DNA of 64,000 bases from an uncultured Opitutales bacterium (GCA_944389195.1 CALXLM010000020.1:10328-74327), one strand, 5' to 3'; positions 19,261 to 29,559 are shown, numbered from the stretch's first letter. A program made the numbers and translations. Notes: generated by a model from the letters alone, not told the origin.

Positions 19261-19974
19261 CTATTTCTTCGAAGAAACGATGTCTTCTATTTTCAATCCG
19301 GTGCATTTCGTAATTGCGGTAAAAAACCTGTACATGGCGACAATAAAGACCACCATTGTCGGCAACACTATCACCGGAAACGAAAGCGCCGTCATCTCTC
19401 CGACTTCCGCATTAAAAGCGTCGGTTCCCGGTTCGCTTTTAAATATCATAGACGCCAGTATGAAATTGAGGGCGGCGCTCATTAAAAACGACGCAGCAAT
19501 CCAATACGTTGCAGAACGAAGCGACGCGTCGTAATCGCCGCGCGTCCCCGAAGACTCCAAGGCGGCGTCTATTTTTTCGACATCGACAACGCTGTCGTTT
19601 AGCATTATCATTTTTGCCAGAGGCCTTTTTGTAAAAGCTGTCGCAAGCACGGCAATACCCAATACGAGCGGCACCGCAGTCTCCTTTAACACCATATATT
19701 CGCGCGACAACCTCAACAACCCGATGCCTCCGGTCAATACGACGCTCGCCAGGCCTATAATGGAAAATATGTTCCACTTGCGCCTGTCCACGAGGTCGTA
19801 AACGCCGTATAGCAGCGGAAAAGCCAGCGCCAACACGAATATCGCCGCGTCCAATCCATCGAACGCCTCAAAGAAACGGACGTAAATATCCCTTCCCTTT
19901 ATAAGCAGCAGGCTTGGCGCAACTATGTTGAACCCCAAATTCAACCATATGTTCTCCTTTTTTTCGGCGCTCAT
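19261..19974 (-). CDS. VC0807-family membrane protein
   Basis: Multi-TM; NLGFNIVAP, SVVLTGGIGLL, KET, N..VG.MT..SFPVI.LP motifs. Confidence 0.7.
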   Translation of the reverse strand: MSAEKKENIWLNLGFNIVAPSLLLIKGRDIYVRFFEAFDGLDAAIFVLALAFPLLYGVYDLVDRRKWNIFSIIGLASVVLTGGIGLLRLSREYMVLKETAVPLVLGIAVLATAFTKRPLAKMIMLNDSVVDVEKIDAALESSGTRGDYDASLRSATYWIAASFLMSAALNFILASMIFKSEPGTDAFNAEVGEMTALSFPVIVLPTMVVFIVAMYRFFTAITKCTGLKIEDIVSSKK

Positions 19975-21785
19975 TTCTTTGTCGCTTTCAGCAAGTGTAA
20001 GTTTCTGGAACGGGCCACTTCCGAAAAATCGAGGCCCATTTCACTCTTAAGGCGCTCAATCCCCCTCGCATCGGTCGCTATATAAACGTTTCCCGGAGTT
20101 CCGTCCACAAACTCGCGGAGTTTCGTTTTTTCGGTTATAAATCGCCCCGAATTTTTTTCCCTTTCGCGCATAAAACCGAACTTTTGCTCCTCGGGCGGAT
20201 TGCCCACCATATAAACCGTCCTGCCGAGCCATACCGGAAAATCCTGAAATTCGTTGTAATTGTAAGCCACCATATACGCGTCGCCGTCCATGCGGTTTTC
20301 CAGGGCCTTCTCCGCCAAAGCCTGCGCGCTTTCCCTCTGTACAAACGTGCCTATGGGATTGAAAAACATCAATAAAACATATATGCCGGCAAAAACCACA
20401 GTCCAAAATCCGCGATCGCTGCGCTTCAGCCATAATAGCGCCGAAACTGCCGTGCACACCGCCATAGCGACCGACATTGCCACCGCCACAGACAGCATCT
20501 CGGGAGCCCTTTCCATAAGCTTGCCCTTATGCTTGAGAACCGCATAAAGAACCACGGGCGCAATCGAAGCGGAACAACCGAGAAAAATATATGCAGCTTT
20601 GGCGGCTTTCATGCGGTATTCCCCCGGATTATCCCAAAATTTGGCGACCCATACGCCCACTATAACCGCAAATGCCGGATAAATCGGCAGTATATAAGCC
20701 GGAAGCTTAGAACTCGACACCGAAAAGAACGCTATTACAAAAAGTATCCAAATCCCCAAAAAAATCATCTCTGGGTTCCGCGAACGGAGCTTGCCATAAC
20801 CATCGCAAACGACGTCCCATACCGACTGCGGAAGCAGCACAACCCACGGTATCAGCCCGACGGGCGCAAGCACTACAAACGTCCACCACGGAGCCGCCCG
20901 CATGCTCGTATCGGGATCGACATAGCGCAGTATGTGCTCGTGGACTATGTAATACCACAAAAATCCCTGTCCTTCGGGATTTGCCGAAAACAGCCCCTCC
21001 GCAGTTTCGAAAGGAGGATTTGCCAAAGCGGCCATAACGTGCCACGGAACCGCAATCGCCAGAAATAAAACTGCCCCACCCGCGCACCACCAAATGTCGG
21101 ACACTTTCAGCATCTTAAAGAACGGCAAAAATCCGAGAGCGGCCGCAAACAGGAATATCACCGCGCACGGTATAAGAACCCCTATGATCCCTTTTGTCAT
21201 AACGGCAAGAGCGCACATCGCAAAAAACGAAAGTATGAGCACGCCCCTCCACAGCCCGCTCCGCTTGAGCGCAACTATAAACGAGAACATTGCCGCACCT
21301 ATGAAAACCGACACAGTCATGTCGAGAGTGACTATTTCCCCAAGGGCGAAATATAATACGCTCGTGCCGAGCACAAACGCGGAAAACAATCCAGCCTTCC
21401 GCCCGTAAATAGCGCGAGCCGCGCAATAAGTCGCCAAAATCCCAAGTATTGCCATAAGCGAATTAGGCAAACGCAAAGAAACCCTGTTTACTCCGAAAGC
21501 CTTGATAGACGCAGCCTGCATCCAGTAAAAGAGCGGCGGCTTGTAAAAATAAACCATTTCATTTAGGCGCGGCGAGACATAATCGCCGCTCTTCACCATC
21601 TCGATGGGAATCTGGCTGTATCTGCCCTCATCGGGGCTCGCCAGCGGGCGCATAAAGGACAATGCCAAATACAGAACGGCAAACAGCGCTGTCAAAACCA
21701 GAATGTCGATAAACAATCCTTCGCCCTTCCCGCCGGCAATTTTTAAACTTTTCATTTTCAAAGCAGAAACAATTTGCCGCTTCAA
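19971..21785 (-). CDS. ArnT-like (GT83/PMT) lipid glycosyltransferase
   Basis: PDEGRY, YFYKPPL.YW, TLDM, MTKG, SSKLPAYILP; about 13 TM. Confidence 0.85.
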   Translation of the reverse strand: MKRQIVSALKMKSLKIAGGKGEGLFIDILVLTALFAVLYLALSFMRPLASPDEGRYSQIPIEMVKSGDYVSPRLNEMVYFYKPPLFYWMQAASIKAFGVNRVSLRLPNSLMAILGILATYCAARAIYGRKAGLFSAFVLGTSVLYFALGEIVTLDMTVSVFIGAAMFSFIVALKRSGLWRGVLILSFFAMCALAVMTKGIIGVLIPCAVIFLFAAALGFLPFFKMLKVSDIWWCAGGAVLFLAIAVPWHVMAALANPPFETAEGLFSANPEGQGFLWYYIVHEHILRYVDPDTSMRAAPWWTFVVLAPVGLIPWVVLLPQSVWDVVCDGYGKLRSRNPEMIFLGIWILFVIAFFSVSSSKLPAYILPIYPAFAVIVGVWVAKFWDNPGEYRMKAAKAAYIFLGCSASIAPVVLYAVLKHKGKLMERAPEMLSVAVAMSVAMAVCTAVSALLWLKRSDRGFWTVVFAGIYVLLMFFNPIGTFVQRESAQALAEKALENRMDGDAYMVAYNYNEFQDFPVWLGRTVYMVGNPPEEQKFGFMREREKNSGRFITEKTKLREFVDGTPGNVYIATDARGIERLKSEMGLDFSEVARSRNLHLLKATKK

Positions 21786-22086
21786 GACAAGAAAAATCTT
21801 ATGTCGAAGGTGCTTAAAAGCCGGCCTCTTGAGCTTAAATTACATAAGCAAAAACGCACGCTTCGCCGCTTGCAAGAGCGCGCGGCGAAACTCAGAATAA
21901 ATTGAAGCAAACTTGACAACATCAACGCCCCTATTTCCCCATGCAGAAAAAAACAACACGCACACCGGAACTACTGTTGGAATCCGACGCGCGCATGGAA
22001 CCTTCCGCATGCCGTGCATTATACCCGGCGGGGATAATTTTGTATTGAAAAAAACACGGCCCTTTTTTATCGTGCGCGCCAATTTG

Positions 22087-22755
22087 ATGAAGCAAAGCGA
22101 AGCAAACGTTTACGAACCGACTCTGCGGCATTACGCCGTCATACTGCCGTTTTTTTTACTCATACGTATGTTGCAGGCAACGGTCAGGCTGCGTTCGTCG
22201 GAGCGCGGAAGAGCCGCCATGTCGGCGCCGGAGCGTTTGGTGGGCGTGGCGTGGCACAGCAGAATATTTTTTCTCTCCATGTGCAAATACGAATACCGTC
22301 CCAAATTCCCCATGAACGGCCTCGTAAGCGCAAGCAAAGACGGGGCGTACCTGTGCGCGCTGTTCCGCCTCATGGGTATTGGAAGCGTCCGCGGCTCGCA
22401 CAAGCGCCGCGGTATCCGCGCGGTGATGGAACTTGTGGATTCCATAAAGGGAGGATCCGACGTTTTCATCACTCCGGACGGCCCGCGCGGACCGAAAAAC
22501 AAAATAAAGGACGGTTTTGCAGTCGTCGCAAAGGAAAGCGGCGCCCGAATTGTGGCTTTGAAAATAACCCCAAAATCTTATTGGCGCATATCAAAAACCT
22601 GGGACAAATTCATAATACCAAAGCCGTTCTCGAGCGCCTTCGTTGAGCCTCTCGAATTCAAATCTTACGCCGATCTTGAGGCGGCTGCGGCAGAGCGCGG
22701 CACAACTCCGTCGCGGCTTATAGAAGACTATCTGAATTCCGACGGAATAGACTGA
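22087..22755 (+). CDS. DUF374 / lysophospholipid acyltransferase family protein
   Basis: AWHSRI, VSASKDG, SVRGS, ITPDGPRGP, WDKFIIPKPFS; start trimmed to MKQSEAN. Confidence 0.85.
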   Translation: MKQSEANVYEPTLRHYAVILPFFLLIRMLQATVRLRSSERGRAAMSAPERLVGVAWHSRIFFLSMCKYEYRPKFPMNGLVSASKDGAYLCALFRLMGIGSVRGSHKRRGIRAVMELVDSIKGGSDVFITPDGPRGPKNKIKDGFAVVAKESGARIVALKITPKSYWRISKTWDKFIIPKPFSSAFVEPLEFKSYADLEAAAAERGTTPSRLIEDYLNSDGID

Positions 22756-22790
22756 TTCTTACCCCTGAATCACGCCGCCTATGTTCCAAT

Positions 22791-22818
22791 AAAAAAACCC
22801 GCCTAAAAGCGGGTTTTT
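22791..22818. terminator. Bidirectional rho-independent terminator
   Basis: aaaaacccgc-ctaaaa-gcgggttttt between convergent genes. Confidence 0.85.
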
Positions 22819-22837
22819 AGCCGAAATTCCAACTGCA

Positions 22838-24319
22838 TTACAGAGCCGCCTTGCGCATATCGCCCTGCGACAGAAAAGCCTCGTGGAAAGCGTAGGCGCG
22901 CGCGAGAGTCTGCGGCGTATGCCCCATAACCCCCTCTTTTAGGAATTTCCGCAACAAATCCTTGTATTCGGGGTTCGCGCATTTCTCTATGATAATCTCA
23001 GCCCTTTCGTACGGAGTCTTGCAGCGCAAATCCGCGACGCCGTATTCCGTGATAACGACGTTTACGCTGTGTTCCGTGTGGTCGCAGTGCGAAACATTCG
23101 GAACGATTGCGCTTATCATGCCGCCCTTTGCGACCGACGGACACGTATAAATCGAGATATAAGCCGCACGCGTAAAATCTCCGCTTCCGCCTATGCCGTT
23201 CATGAGATTCTTACCCATTATGTGCGAGCTGTTTACGTTTCCGGACAAATCCACCTCTATTGCGGTGTTTATCGAAATAACGCCTATGCGGCGCGCGACC
23301 TCGGGGCTGTTGGAGATTTCCTGCGGGCGCAAAACCAGCCTTTCGCGGAAGAATTTGGGGTTTGAGTATATCTCCTGGATTTTTCCGGGAGTGACCGTCA
23401 GCGAAGTTGCGCTGGCGCAGTTTATTCTTCCGTGCTCTATAAGGTCTATGACCGAATCCTGCAAAACTTCGGAGTACATCGAAAACGCGGGAATGTCAGG
23501 ATTGTTTCCCAAGGCTCCGAGAACGGCGTTTGCTATGTTTCCGACTCCGCTCTGAATGGGAAGGAAGGTTGAGGGAATCCTTCCTGCCTTCATTTCTGCC
23601 TCGAGAAAATCGGCCACGTTTTGCCCTATTTTTTCCGTGATGGGGTCGCTCGGCTTAAAGGGTTTCACCTCGTCGGGCTTGTTTGTCATTACGATGCCCG
23701 CTATTTTTTGGGGATCCACCTTGACGACTTCGGAACCTATTCTGTCTCCGGCCGAATATATCGGAATCTCGCGCCTATTGGGAGGGTTGGAGGTTTCATA
23801 AATGTCGTGGAATCCGCGAAGCTCCTTTGAATGGTATTCGTTCAGCTCTATCAGAATCTTATCGGCCAATTTGAGCCCGGTCGGGGATATGCCGACAGAC
23901 GTTGTAAGCAGAATCTCGCCGTTGTCTGAAACGTCGGCAGCCTCCACTATCGCCCAATCAAACTTGCCCATGAAGCCGTAGTTCATGTACTGGGGCGTCA
24001 TCGACAGGTGGAGGTCGGTGAATTTTATTTCGTTTTTATTCGCCCCTCCCCTGAGATCCGCATTCGACTGGTACGGAGCCCTGTAGTTTATAGCGCCGGC
24101 CCTTGCCAAAACGCCGTCGCAAGAATCGCCCGTTGACGCGCCAGTGACGACGTTGATTTTAAAGGGTCTGCCCGCCGCGTGTTCGGCTTCGGCGCGCCTG
24201 GCTATCGCTCCAGGAATTTCCTTTGTGGCCCCCGCGGGTGTAAAGCCGCTAAAGGCTATCTGTTGACCGTTCTGGATGAGGCTCGCAGCCTCGTCCGCCG
24301 ACATGATTTTGTACTTCAT
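22838..24319 (-). CDS. Acetyl-CoA hydrolase / succinate CoA-transferase family
   Basis: SGFTPAG, GASTG, PIQSGVGNIANAV, MNGIGGSGDF, DHTEH motifs. Confidence 0.92.
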   Translation of the reverse strand: MKYKIMSADEAASLIQNGQQIAFSGFTPAGATKEIPGAIARRAEAEHAAGRPFKINVVTGASTGDSCDGVLARAGAINYRAPYQSNADLRGGANKNEIKFTDLHLSMTPQYMNYGFMGKFDWAIVEAADVSDNGEILLTTSVGISPTGLKLADKILIELNEYHSKELRGFHDIYETSNPPNRREIPIYSAGDRIGSEVVKVDPQKIAGIVMTNKPDEVKPFKPSDPITEKIGQNVADFLEAEMKAGRIPSTFLPIQSGVGNIANAVLGALGNNPDIPAFSMYSEVLQDSVIDLIEHGRINCASATSLTVTPGKIQEIYSNPKFFRERLVLRPQEISNSPEVARRIGVISINTAIEVDLSGNVNSSHIMGKNLMNGIGGSGDFTRAAYISIYTCPSVAKGGMISAIVPNVSHCDHTEHSVNVVITEYGVADLRCKTPYERAEIIIEKCANPEYKDLLRKFLKEGVMGHTPQTLARAYAFHEAFLSQGDMRKAAL

Positions 24320-24343
24320 TTTAATTGTGTTGTTGAAATAAAA

Positions 24344-24423
24344 GCCGTCGCGCAGGCGCCGTAAACCGCACGGGCGCTACCGCCATGGACTCGAAACCGG
24401 ATGTCCAAGAAAAACGCGACGGC
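24344..24423 (-). other. Multi-branched stem-loop between mmdB and the CoA-transferase
   Basis: 9-bp closing stem gccgtcgcg/cgcgacggc with internal hairpins (tggac/gtcca) followed by a U4 tract on the minus strand. Confidence 0.5.
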
Positions 24424-24463
24424 GAATTTTTAACTTTTCGCCACCGCAAATCAAATATTATTT

Positions 24464-26026
24464 TTAATGGGCCAAAGTTGCTATAAAGAATCCGGCGACC
24501 ATTGCAGTTCCTATCACGCCGGCGACGTTCGGACCCATCGCGTGCATGAGCAGGAAGTTTGCCGGATCCGCCTTTTGCCCCTCGACTTGCGAGACTCTCG
24601 CGGCCATCGGAACCGCCGAAACGCCGGCGGACCCTATAAGCGGGTTTATCTTTTCCCTCAGGAACAGATTCATGACCTTGGCAATCACAACGCCTGCGGC
24701 CGTGGAGAATCCGAACGCCACAACTCCGAGTGCAAGAATGGAAAGCGTATCTACGCGAATGAACCTGTCGCCCGTCATGGTTATACCGACAGACGTTCCG
24801 AGAAACACCGTCACTATGTTTATCGTTTCGTTCTGCGCCGCCTTGCTTAAGCGCTCGCAAACGCCGCACTCGCGTATGAAGTTTCCGAGCATGAGCATTC
24901 CGATAAGCGCCGAAACATCGGGCACCAAAAGTATGCAAAATATCGTCACTATGAGCGCAAAAATGAGTTTCTCAAGGCGCGTGACTTTCCTGAGGCTCTT
25001 CATTCTTATTTTGCGCTCCTTTTCGGTTGTGAGCATGCGCATAATCGGCGGCTGAATTATGGGAACCAACGCCATATAACTGTAGGCAGCAACCGCTATC
25101 GGCGCCAGCAGATGAGGCGCAAGCTTGTTTGATATGAATATCGACGTCGGTCCGTCAGCTCCGCCTATGATGCCAATAGACGCCGCTTCGCGCGAATTAA
25201 AGCCGCAAAAACATATCGCCCCTATGAACGTTATAAATACCCCGAACTGCGCCGCGCCGCCAAGCAGCAGCATTTTGGGATTCGCTATAAGCGGGCCGAA
25301 ATCCGTGAGGGCTCCGACGCCCATAAATATTAAAGGCGGGAATATTTCAAGAAGGACCCCCTGCTGTATATAGTAGTAAAGGCCGCCAACTCTCGGGCTG
25401 TAAACATCGGCCAAAGGTTCGCCATACACAGCTTTCGCCCCTACAGGCAGCGGAACGTCCGTCACAGTTCCGGAGGTCGTTGCCCAAACGAAGAGATCGT
25501 CGCCCGAAAGCTCGACCGTTCTTCCCTTGTACGACGCCTTGTATTTTGCCGGCGCTTTTGAAGCGGACGCTCCGGGGCGCAGCGTAGCGACCAAATCGGG
25601 GATTCCTCTTGCCTTTTCGAATACGTCCGCCCTTCCCTCGGGAGAGGTCGTCTTGGAAAGCATTGCAAAATAAGCGTCTATGTCGGCCTGCGCCGTCTCA
25701 GGACTTTTTATTACGTCGGAAACGCGCGTCGGAATATGGCGGACGACTCTCGGCACAAACACCGCGTCTCCCGCGCTTACAAAAACGCCGCTTACGACGC
25801 CCGCCGCGGGGGCTATGAGCTCCGAAGCCGGTTTGTTCGTCACGCCCTCGGTTGGAAGGTTCGCCAAAAGAGCCCCGAACGCTATGGGAACCAGCAGCAA
25901 CGGTTCAAACTGCTTGAAAACCGCCAAATACAGCAGCACAAGTACAACAAGCCACATTACAATCATGCGCCAATCGACATAGAAAAAACCGGTGTCGAGC
26001 GCCAAATCTATCAGACTTTGCAGCAT
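24464..26026 (-). CDS. mmdB: Na+-translocating decarboxylase beta subunit (MmdB/OadB) with a large insertion
   Basis: FEPLLLVPIAFG, IGIIGGADGPT, AYSYMALVP, GSAGVSAVPMAARV, HAMGPNVAG. Confidence 0.92.
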   Translation of the reverse strand: MLQSLIDLALDTGFFYVDWRMIVMWLVVLVLLYLAVFKQFEPLLLVPIAFGALLANLPTEGVTNKPASELIAPAAGVVSGVFVSAGDAVFVPRVVRHIPTRVSDVIKSPETAQADIDAYFAMLSKTTSPEGRADVFEKARGIPDLVATLRPGASASKAPAKYKASYKGRTVELSGDDLFVWATTSGTVTDVPLPVGAKAVYGEPLADVYSPRVGGLYYYIQQGVLLEIFPPLIFMGVGALTDFGPLIANPKMLLLGGAAQFGVFITFIGAICFCGFNSREAASIGIIGGADGPTSIFISNKLAPHLLAPIAVAAYSYMALVPIIQPPIMRMLTTEKERKIRMKSLRKVTRLEKLIFALIVTIFCILLVPDVSALIGMLMLGNFIRECGVCERLSKAAQNETINIVTVFLGTSVGITMTGDRFIRVDTLSILALGVVAFGFSTAAGVVIAKVMNLFLREKINPLIGSAGVSAVPMAARVSQVEGQKADPANFLLMHAMGPNVAGVIGTAMVAGFFIATLAH

Positions 26027-26121
26027 TTTACTGAATGTTTATGTTTAAAGTTGTCGGAAACGCCCGCGTCCGCCCTGCGCGCAAACGCCGCGCGGACGCG
26101 TTAAAAATGCGGTTTGCCGCG

Positions 26122-26532
26122 CTATGAAATGCAAACGAGAGGCTGCCCCTCCTGAATGCTCTGCCCAGCGGCAACATATATTTTAGACACCGTGCCCGCC
26201 CTGTCAGAGTTTATAGGAGTGTTCATTTTCATGGCCTCCAGCGTGACAAGCAAGTCGCCTACCTTAACCGCCTGGCCTTCAGTGACGTTGACGGCGATAA
26301 CCGTAGCCGCAAGCGGACATGCGACATCTCCCGCTCCGCTGCGCGCGGGAGCGGCCGCAGGCGCCGGTGCAGGAGCTGGTGCGGGCGCCGGTGCGGGAAC
26401 TGGTGCCGGTGCGGGAACTGGTGCCGGTGCGGGAGCCGGTGCCGCCTGTACTGGCGCCGAATTTCTCGATCCGAGAATCTCGACTTCCACTTCGTAAACT
26501 TTGCCTTCAACTGTTATGCGTAATTTTTTCAT
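26122..26532 (-). CDS. mmdC: Biotin carboxyl carrier subunit of methylmalonyl-CoA decarboxylase
   Basis: EAMKM biotinylation motif and (AP)n linker. Confidence 0.92.
   Translation of the reverse strand: MKKLRITVEGKVYEVEVEILGSRNSAPVQAAPAPAPAPVPAPAPVPAPAPAPAPAPAPAAAPARSGAGDVACPLAATVIAVNVTEGQAVKVGDLLVTLEAMKMNTPINSDRAGTVSKIYVAAGQSIQEGQPLVCIS
26357..26446. repeat. Coding tandem repeat (18-bp unit gccggtgcgggaactggt) encoding the Ala-Pro linker
   Basis: Two perfect copies at 26387-26422 plus flanking imperfect copies. Confidence 0.85.
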
Positions 26533-26575
26533 AAAACTATTTCCTGTTTTTATTGTTTTGACTGTAAAAACTGCA

Positions 26576-27019
26576 TCACTTTACTCGCGATGGAACGTAT
26601 ATTTTCGACGCGTAAATCTGCGCCCTTCCCTGCCGCGCATAAGACATGTCCGGAAGGGACTTAAACGAAAGCACCCTGCATTCGTCGTCGAGAGCCGCGC
26701 TCGCCGCCGCAGAAAGCACGGCTACAAGCTCGGCGTTCTCCGCCTGAAGTTCGGGCATGACGGCCGCAACCGCCGCGGAAACCACAAACGCGTGGTCCGG
26801 ATTTTCCTCTTTGGAAACTCCTTTTTTGGCGTCCGCCGAAGCCGCAGCTTTCGCCGAAGCATCTTTGGGTTTCGACACCGACGTAAAGAAAATCCCCGCT
26901 ATCGAAGTCAAAACCGAGAGAACAGCCAGCACGAACATCACAACGCCGAACCCAAGCGCCGAAAAAACCAACATCTCGGGTATGCTGGGCTTTAATCCAA
27001 TTAATGCTGCAATAAACAT
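26576..27019 (-). CDS. mmdD: OadG/MmdD-type small membrane subunit
   Basis: Single TM (LGFGVVMFVLAVL), Ala/Lys linker, repeated VAV.SAA segments; position between mmdA and mmdC. Confidence 0.75.
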   Translation of the reverse strand: MFIAALIGLKPSIPEMLVFSALGFGVVMFVLAVLSVLTSIAGIFFTSVSKPKDASAKAAASADAKKGVSKEENPDHAFVVSAAVAAVMPELQAENAELVAVLSAAASAALDDECRVLSFKSLPDMSYARQGRAQIYASKIYVPSRVK

Positions 27020-27082
27020 ACTTTATATTCCGTTTCCGTTTTCGGACGCGCCCGCGCAGCCGCGCAAAACGCCGCCGATTCA

Positions 27083-28645
27083 TTACATTGGGATATTTCC
27101 GTGCTTCTTCGGCAGGCGGGTCTCGCGCTTGCCCACGGTTGCTCTGAGGGCCATCGCAAGCGCCCCGCGCGTTTCCGCGGGTTCAATGACGTCGGTGATC
27201 ATTCCCTTGCTCGCCGCCTGATACGGGCTTTCGAACTTCTGGCTGTACTCCTGGCTGTACTTCGCCGCAAGCTCGGCGCGCTTGGCCGGATCCTCTATCG
27301 CCTTAAGCTCTTTGCCGTATAGCACATTCACCGCTCCCTTTGCGCCCATGACTGCTATCTCGGCAGTGGGCCATGCAAATACCATGTCGGCCCCCATATC
27401 CACGCAGCACATGGCAAGATACGCCCCGCCGTAGGCTTTGCGCATAATAAGCGTAATTTTGGGCACCGTAGCCGAAGCGTAAGCAAACAGCATCTTGGCC
27501 CCGTGCCTGATTATGCCGCCGCGCTCCTGGGCCAAACCGGGCATAAAGCCGGGAACGTCCACAAGGTTGACTATCGGAACGTTGAACACGTTGCATGTGC
27601 GAATAAAACGCGAAGCCTTGTCGGAGGCGTCGATGTCAAGGCAGCCGGCTTTGAAATTCGGCTGGTTGGCTATGATGCCAACTACCATGCCCTCTATTCT
27701 GGCAAAGCCCACTACTATGTTGCGGGCAAAAGCCGACTGTATTTCAAAAAAGTCTCCGTTGTCAACTATGCGGTTTATGACCGACTTGACGTCGTAGCCG
27801 TGCGACGAAGACTCAGGAACTATGTTGTTCAATTCCGGATCGTACGTCCTTTCGACGGGGACCGAAAAATCGTGCGGAGGTTCCTGCATGTTGTTTGACG
27901 GCAGGAAGGAGAGCAGCTTTTCGGCAAGCTCTATCGCGTGCCTGTCGTTATCGGCGACGAGGTGTATGTTGCCGGAAACCGTCGCATGCGCGTTGGCCGT
28001 CGCAAACATTTCCACCGACGCCTCCTCGCCGGTCGCGGCCTTGATGACCTGCGGGCCGCATATAAAGAGGTTCGAATTCTCCTTCGTCATTATGATGAAA
28101 TCCATCAGCGCCGGGCTGTACGCTGCGCCGCCCGCGCACGGGCCGGCGATTATCGAAACTTGCGGAACGACCCCTGAAAGCGCCACATTTTGATAGAAAA
28201 TCTGGCCATAGCCGGCAAGAGATTCCACACCCTCCTGGATTCTCGCGCCGCCGCTGTCGTTTACACCCACTACCGGCATTCCGTTCTTTGCGGCGAATTT
28301 CATAAGGTCAACTATCTTCTTGGCGTGGTTTGAACCGAGAGAACCGCCTGACACTGTGAAATCTTGGCTGAAAGCGGCCACCGGACGCCCTTGAACGAGC
28401 CCTATTCCAGTCACTATGCCGTCGGTGGGAAGAACCTTCTTTTCCATTCCGAAATTGTGGCAGTTGTGCTGAACGTGCATTCCGAATTCCTGGAAAGACC
28501 CGTCGTCAAAAAGCGCCTCTATCCTGTCGCGGGCCGTCATCAGCCCCTTTGCCCGCCTGGCTTCAAGCTTGGCTTTCCCGCCGGCATTAAAAGCGTCCTC
28601 GCGGCGCTTTATAAGTTCGTCCATCAATTTTTTTGCTATGGCCAT
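27083..28645 (-). CDS. mmdA: Methylmalonyl-CoA decarboxylase alpha (carboxyltransferase) subunit
   Basis: DSGGARIQEG, GPCAGGAAY, VDVPGF, RKAYGGA, KKHGNIPM. Confidence 0.92.
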   Translation of the reverse strand: MAIAKKLMDELIKRREDAFNAGGKAKLEARRAKGLMTARDRIEALFDDGSFQEFGMHVQHNCHNFGMEKKVLPTDGIVTGIGLVQGRPVAAFSQDFTVSGGSLGSNHAKKIVDLMKFAAKNGMPVVGVNDSGGARIQEGVESLAGYGQIFYQNVALSGVVPQVSIIAGPCAGGAAYSPALMDFIIMTKENSNLFICGPQVIKAATGEEASVEMFATANAHATVSGNIHLVADNDRHAIELAEKLLSFLPSNNMQEPPHDFSVPVERTYDPELNNIVPESSSHGYDVKSVINRIVDNGDFFEIQSAFARNIVVGFARIEGMVVGIIANQPNFKAGCLDIDASDKASRFIRTCNVFNVPIVNLVDVPGFMPGLAQERGGIIRHGAKMLFAYASATVPKITLIMRKAYGGAYLAMCCVDMGADMVFAWPTAEIAVMGAKGAVNVLYGKELKAIEDPAKRAELAAKYSQEYSQKFESPYQAASKGMITDVIEPAETRGALAMALRATVGKRETRLPKKHGNIPM

Positions 28646-28725
28646 ATTGTGTTATTACGCGTTAAAAATGTTGTGAGAACCGCCAAGCTGCAGCGCAACC
28701 AGACGGTTCAAAATTAAACAAAGCA

Positions 28726-29145
28726 TTAATTGCAGCCGCATTCGCCGTCCTGGCAAAATTCCGTAAGCACCCCCTTTGTAAACTTGGGATGCAAAAACGC
28801 TATTTTTTTTGCGTGCGCGCCTATCTTGGGCTCCTCGTTGATAAGCCCCACTCCGGCCGACTTCGCCTTGGCCAAATCGTCCATAATTGAATCGCTGTTG
28901 AAAGCCACATGGTGCACGCCTCCGTGCGGATTCTTCTCGAGGAATTTTGCGATGGGGCTGTCGGGCGACGTTGGTTCGAGAAGTTCTATATGGACTCCGC
29001 CGACGTTGAAAAACGCCGTCTTAACCTTCTGATCCGCAACTTCTTCTATACCTTCGCATTTGAATCCGAGCGCGTTTTCGTAATAGGGAACCGCGTCCTC
29101 GATTGATTTTACGGCGATACCGATATGGTCTATTTTCTTTAACAT
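28726..29145 (-). CDS. mce: Methylmalonyl-CoA epimerase
   Basis: IDHIGIAV, IELLEP, GGVHHVAF, FLHPK..GVLTE; start trimmed to MLKKIDH. Confidence 0.93.
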   Translation of the reverse strand: MLKKIDHIGIAVKSIEDAVPYYENALGFKCEGIEEVADQKVKTAFFNVGGVHIELLEPTSPDSPIAKFLEKNPHGGVHHVAFNSDSIMDDLAKAKSAGVGLINEEPKIGAHAKKIAFLHPKFTKGVLTEFCQDGECGCN

Positions 29146-29559
29146 AATTAGCCTTTCCCTTCTTAAAAAATTATATAGCAGGCTATCTCCCGCACCGCGA
29201 TTGTCAACAAATTTTGAAATAAAATCAGGCGGCCTTCCACCGAAGTGCCAAAAGCCCGCGCAAGCTGCCCGAAAAAACGGGTACCGCCGCAAAAAAACGC
29301 GCCGCCTCCGGTTTTTAACGCGTGCAAACCAAATAAAAACAGCGCACTAAAAAAAATGCCTGCGGGAAACCGCCGTAGCCGGAACGCAAACCATCTTGGC
29401 CCACGCACGCAGCAGCATAAGTTCCGCTCGGAATAAACGGCAAAAAAACGAAATAAATGATTTCCCGGCGCGAAAAACGCCAAAAAATATAAAACCGACG
29501 GGCGTTTCACACGCAAACCTCAAGCGATGCCCGGCAAAACGCGGAAGTTTTTCCCGCGT

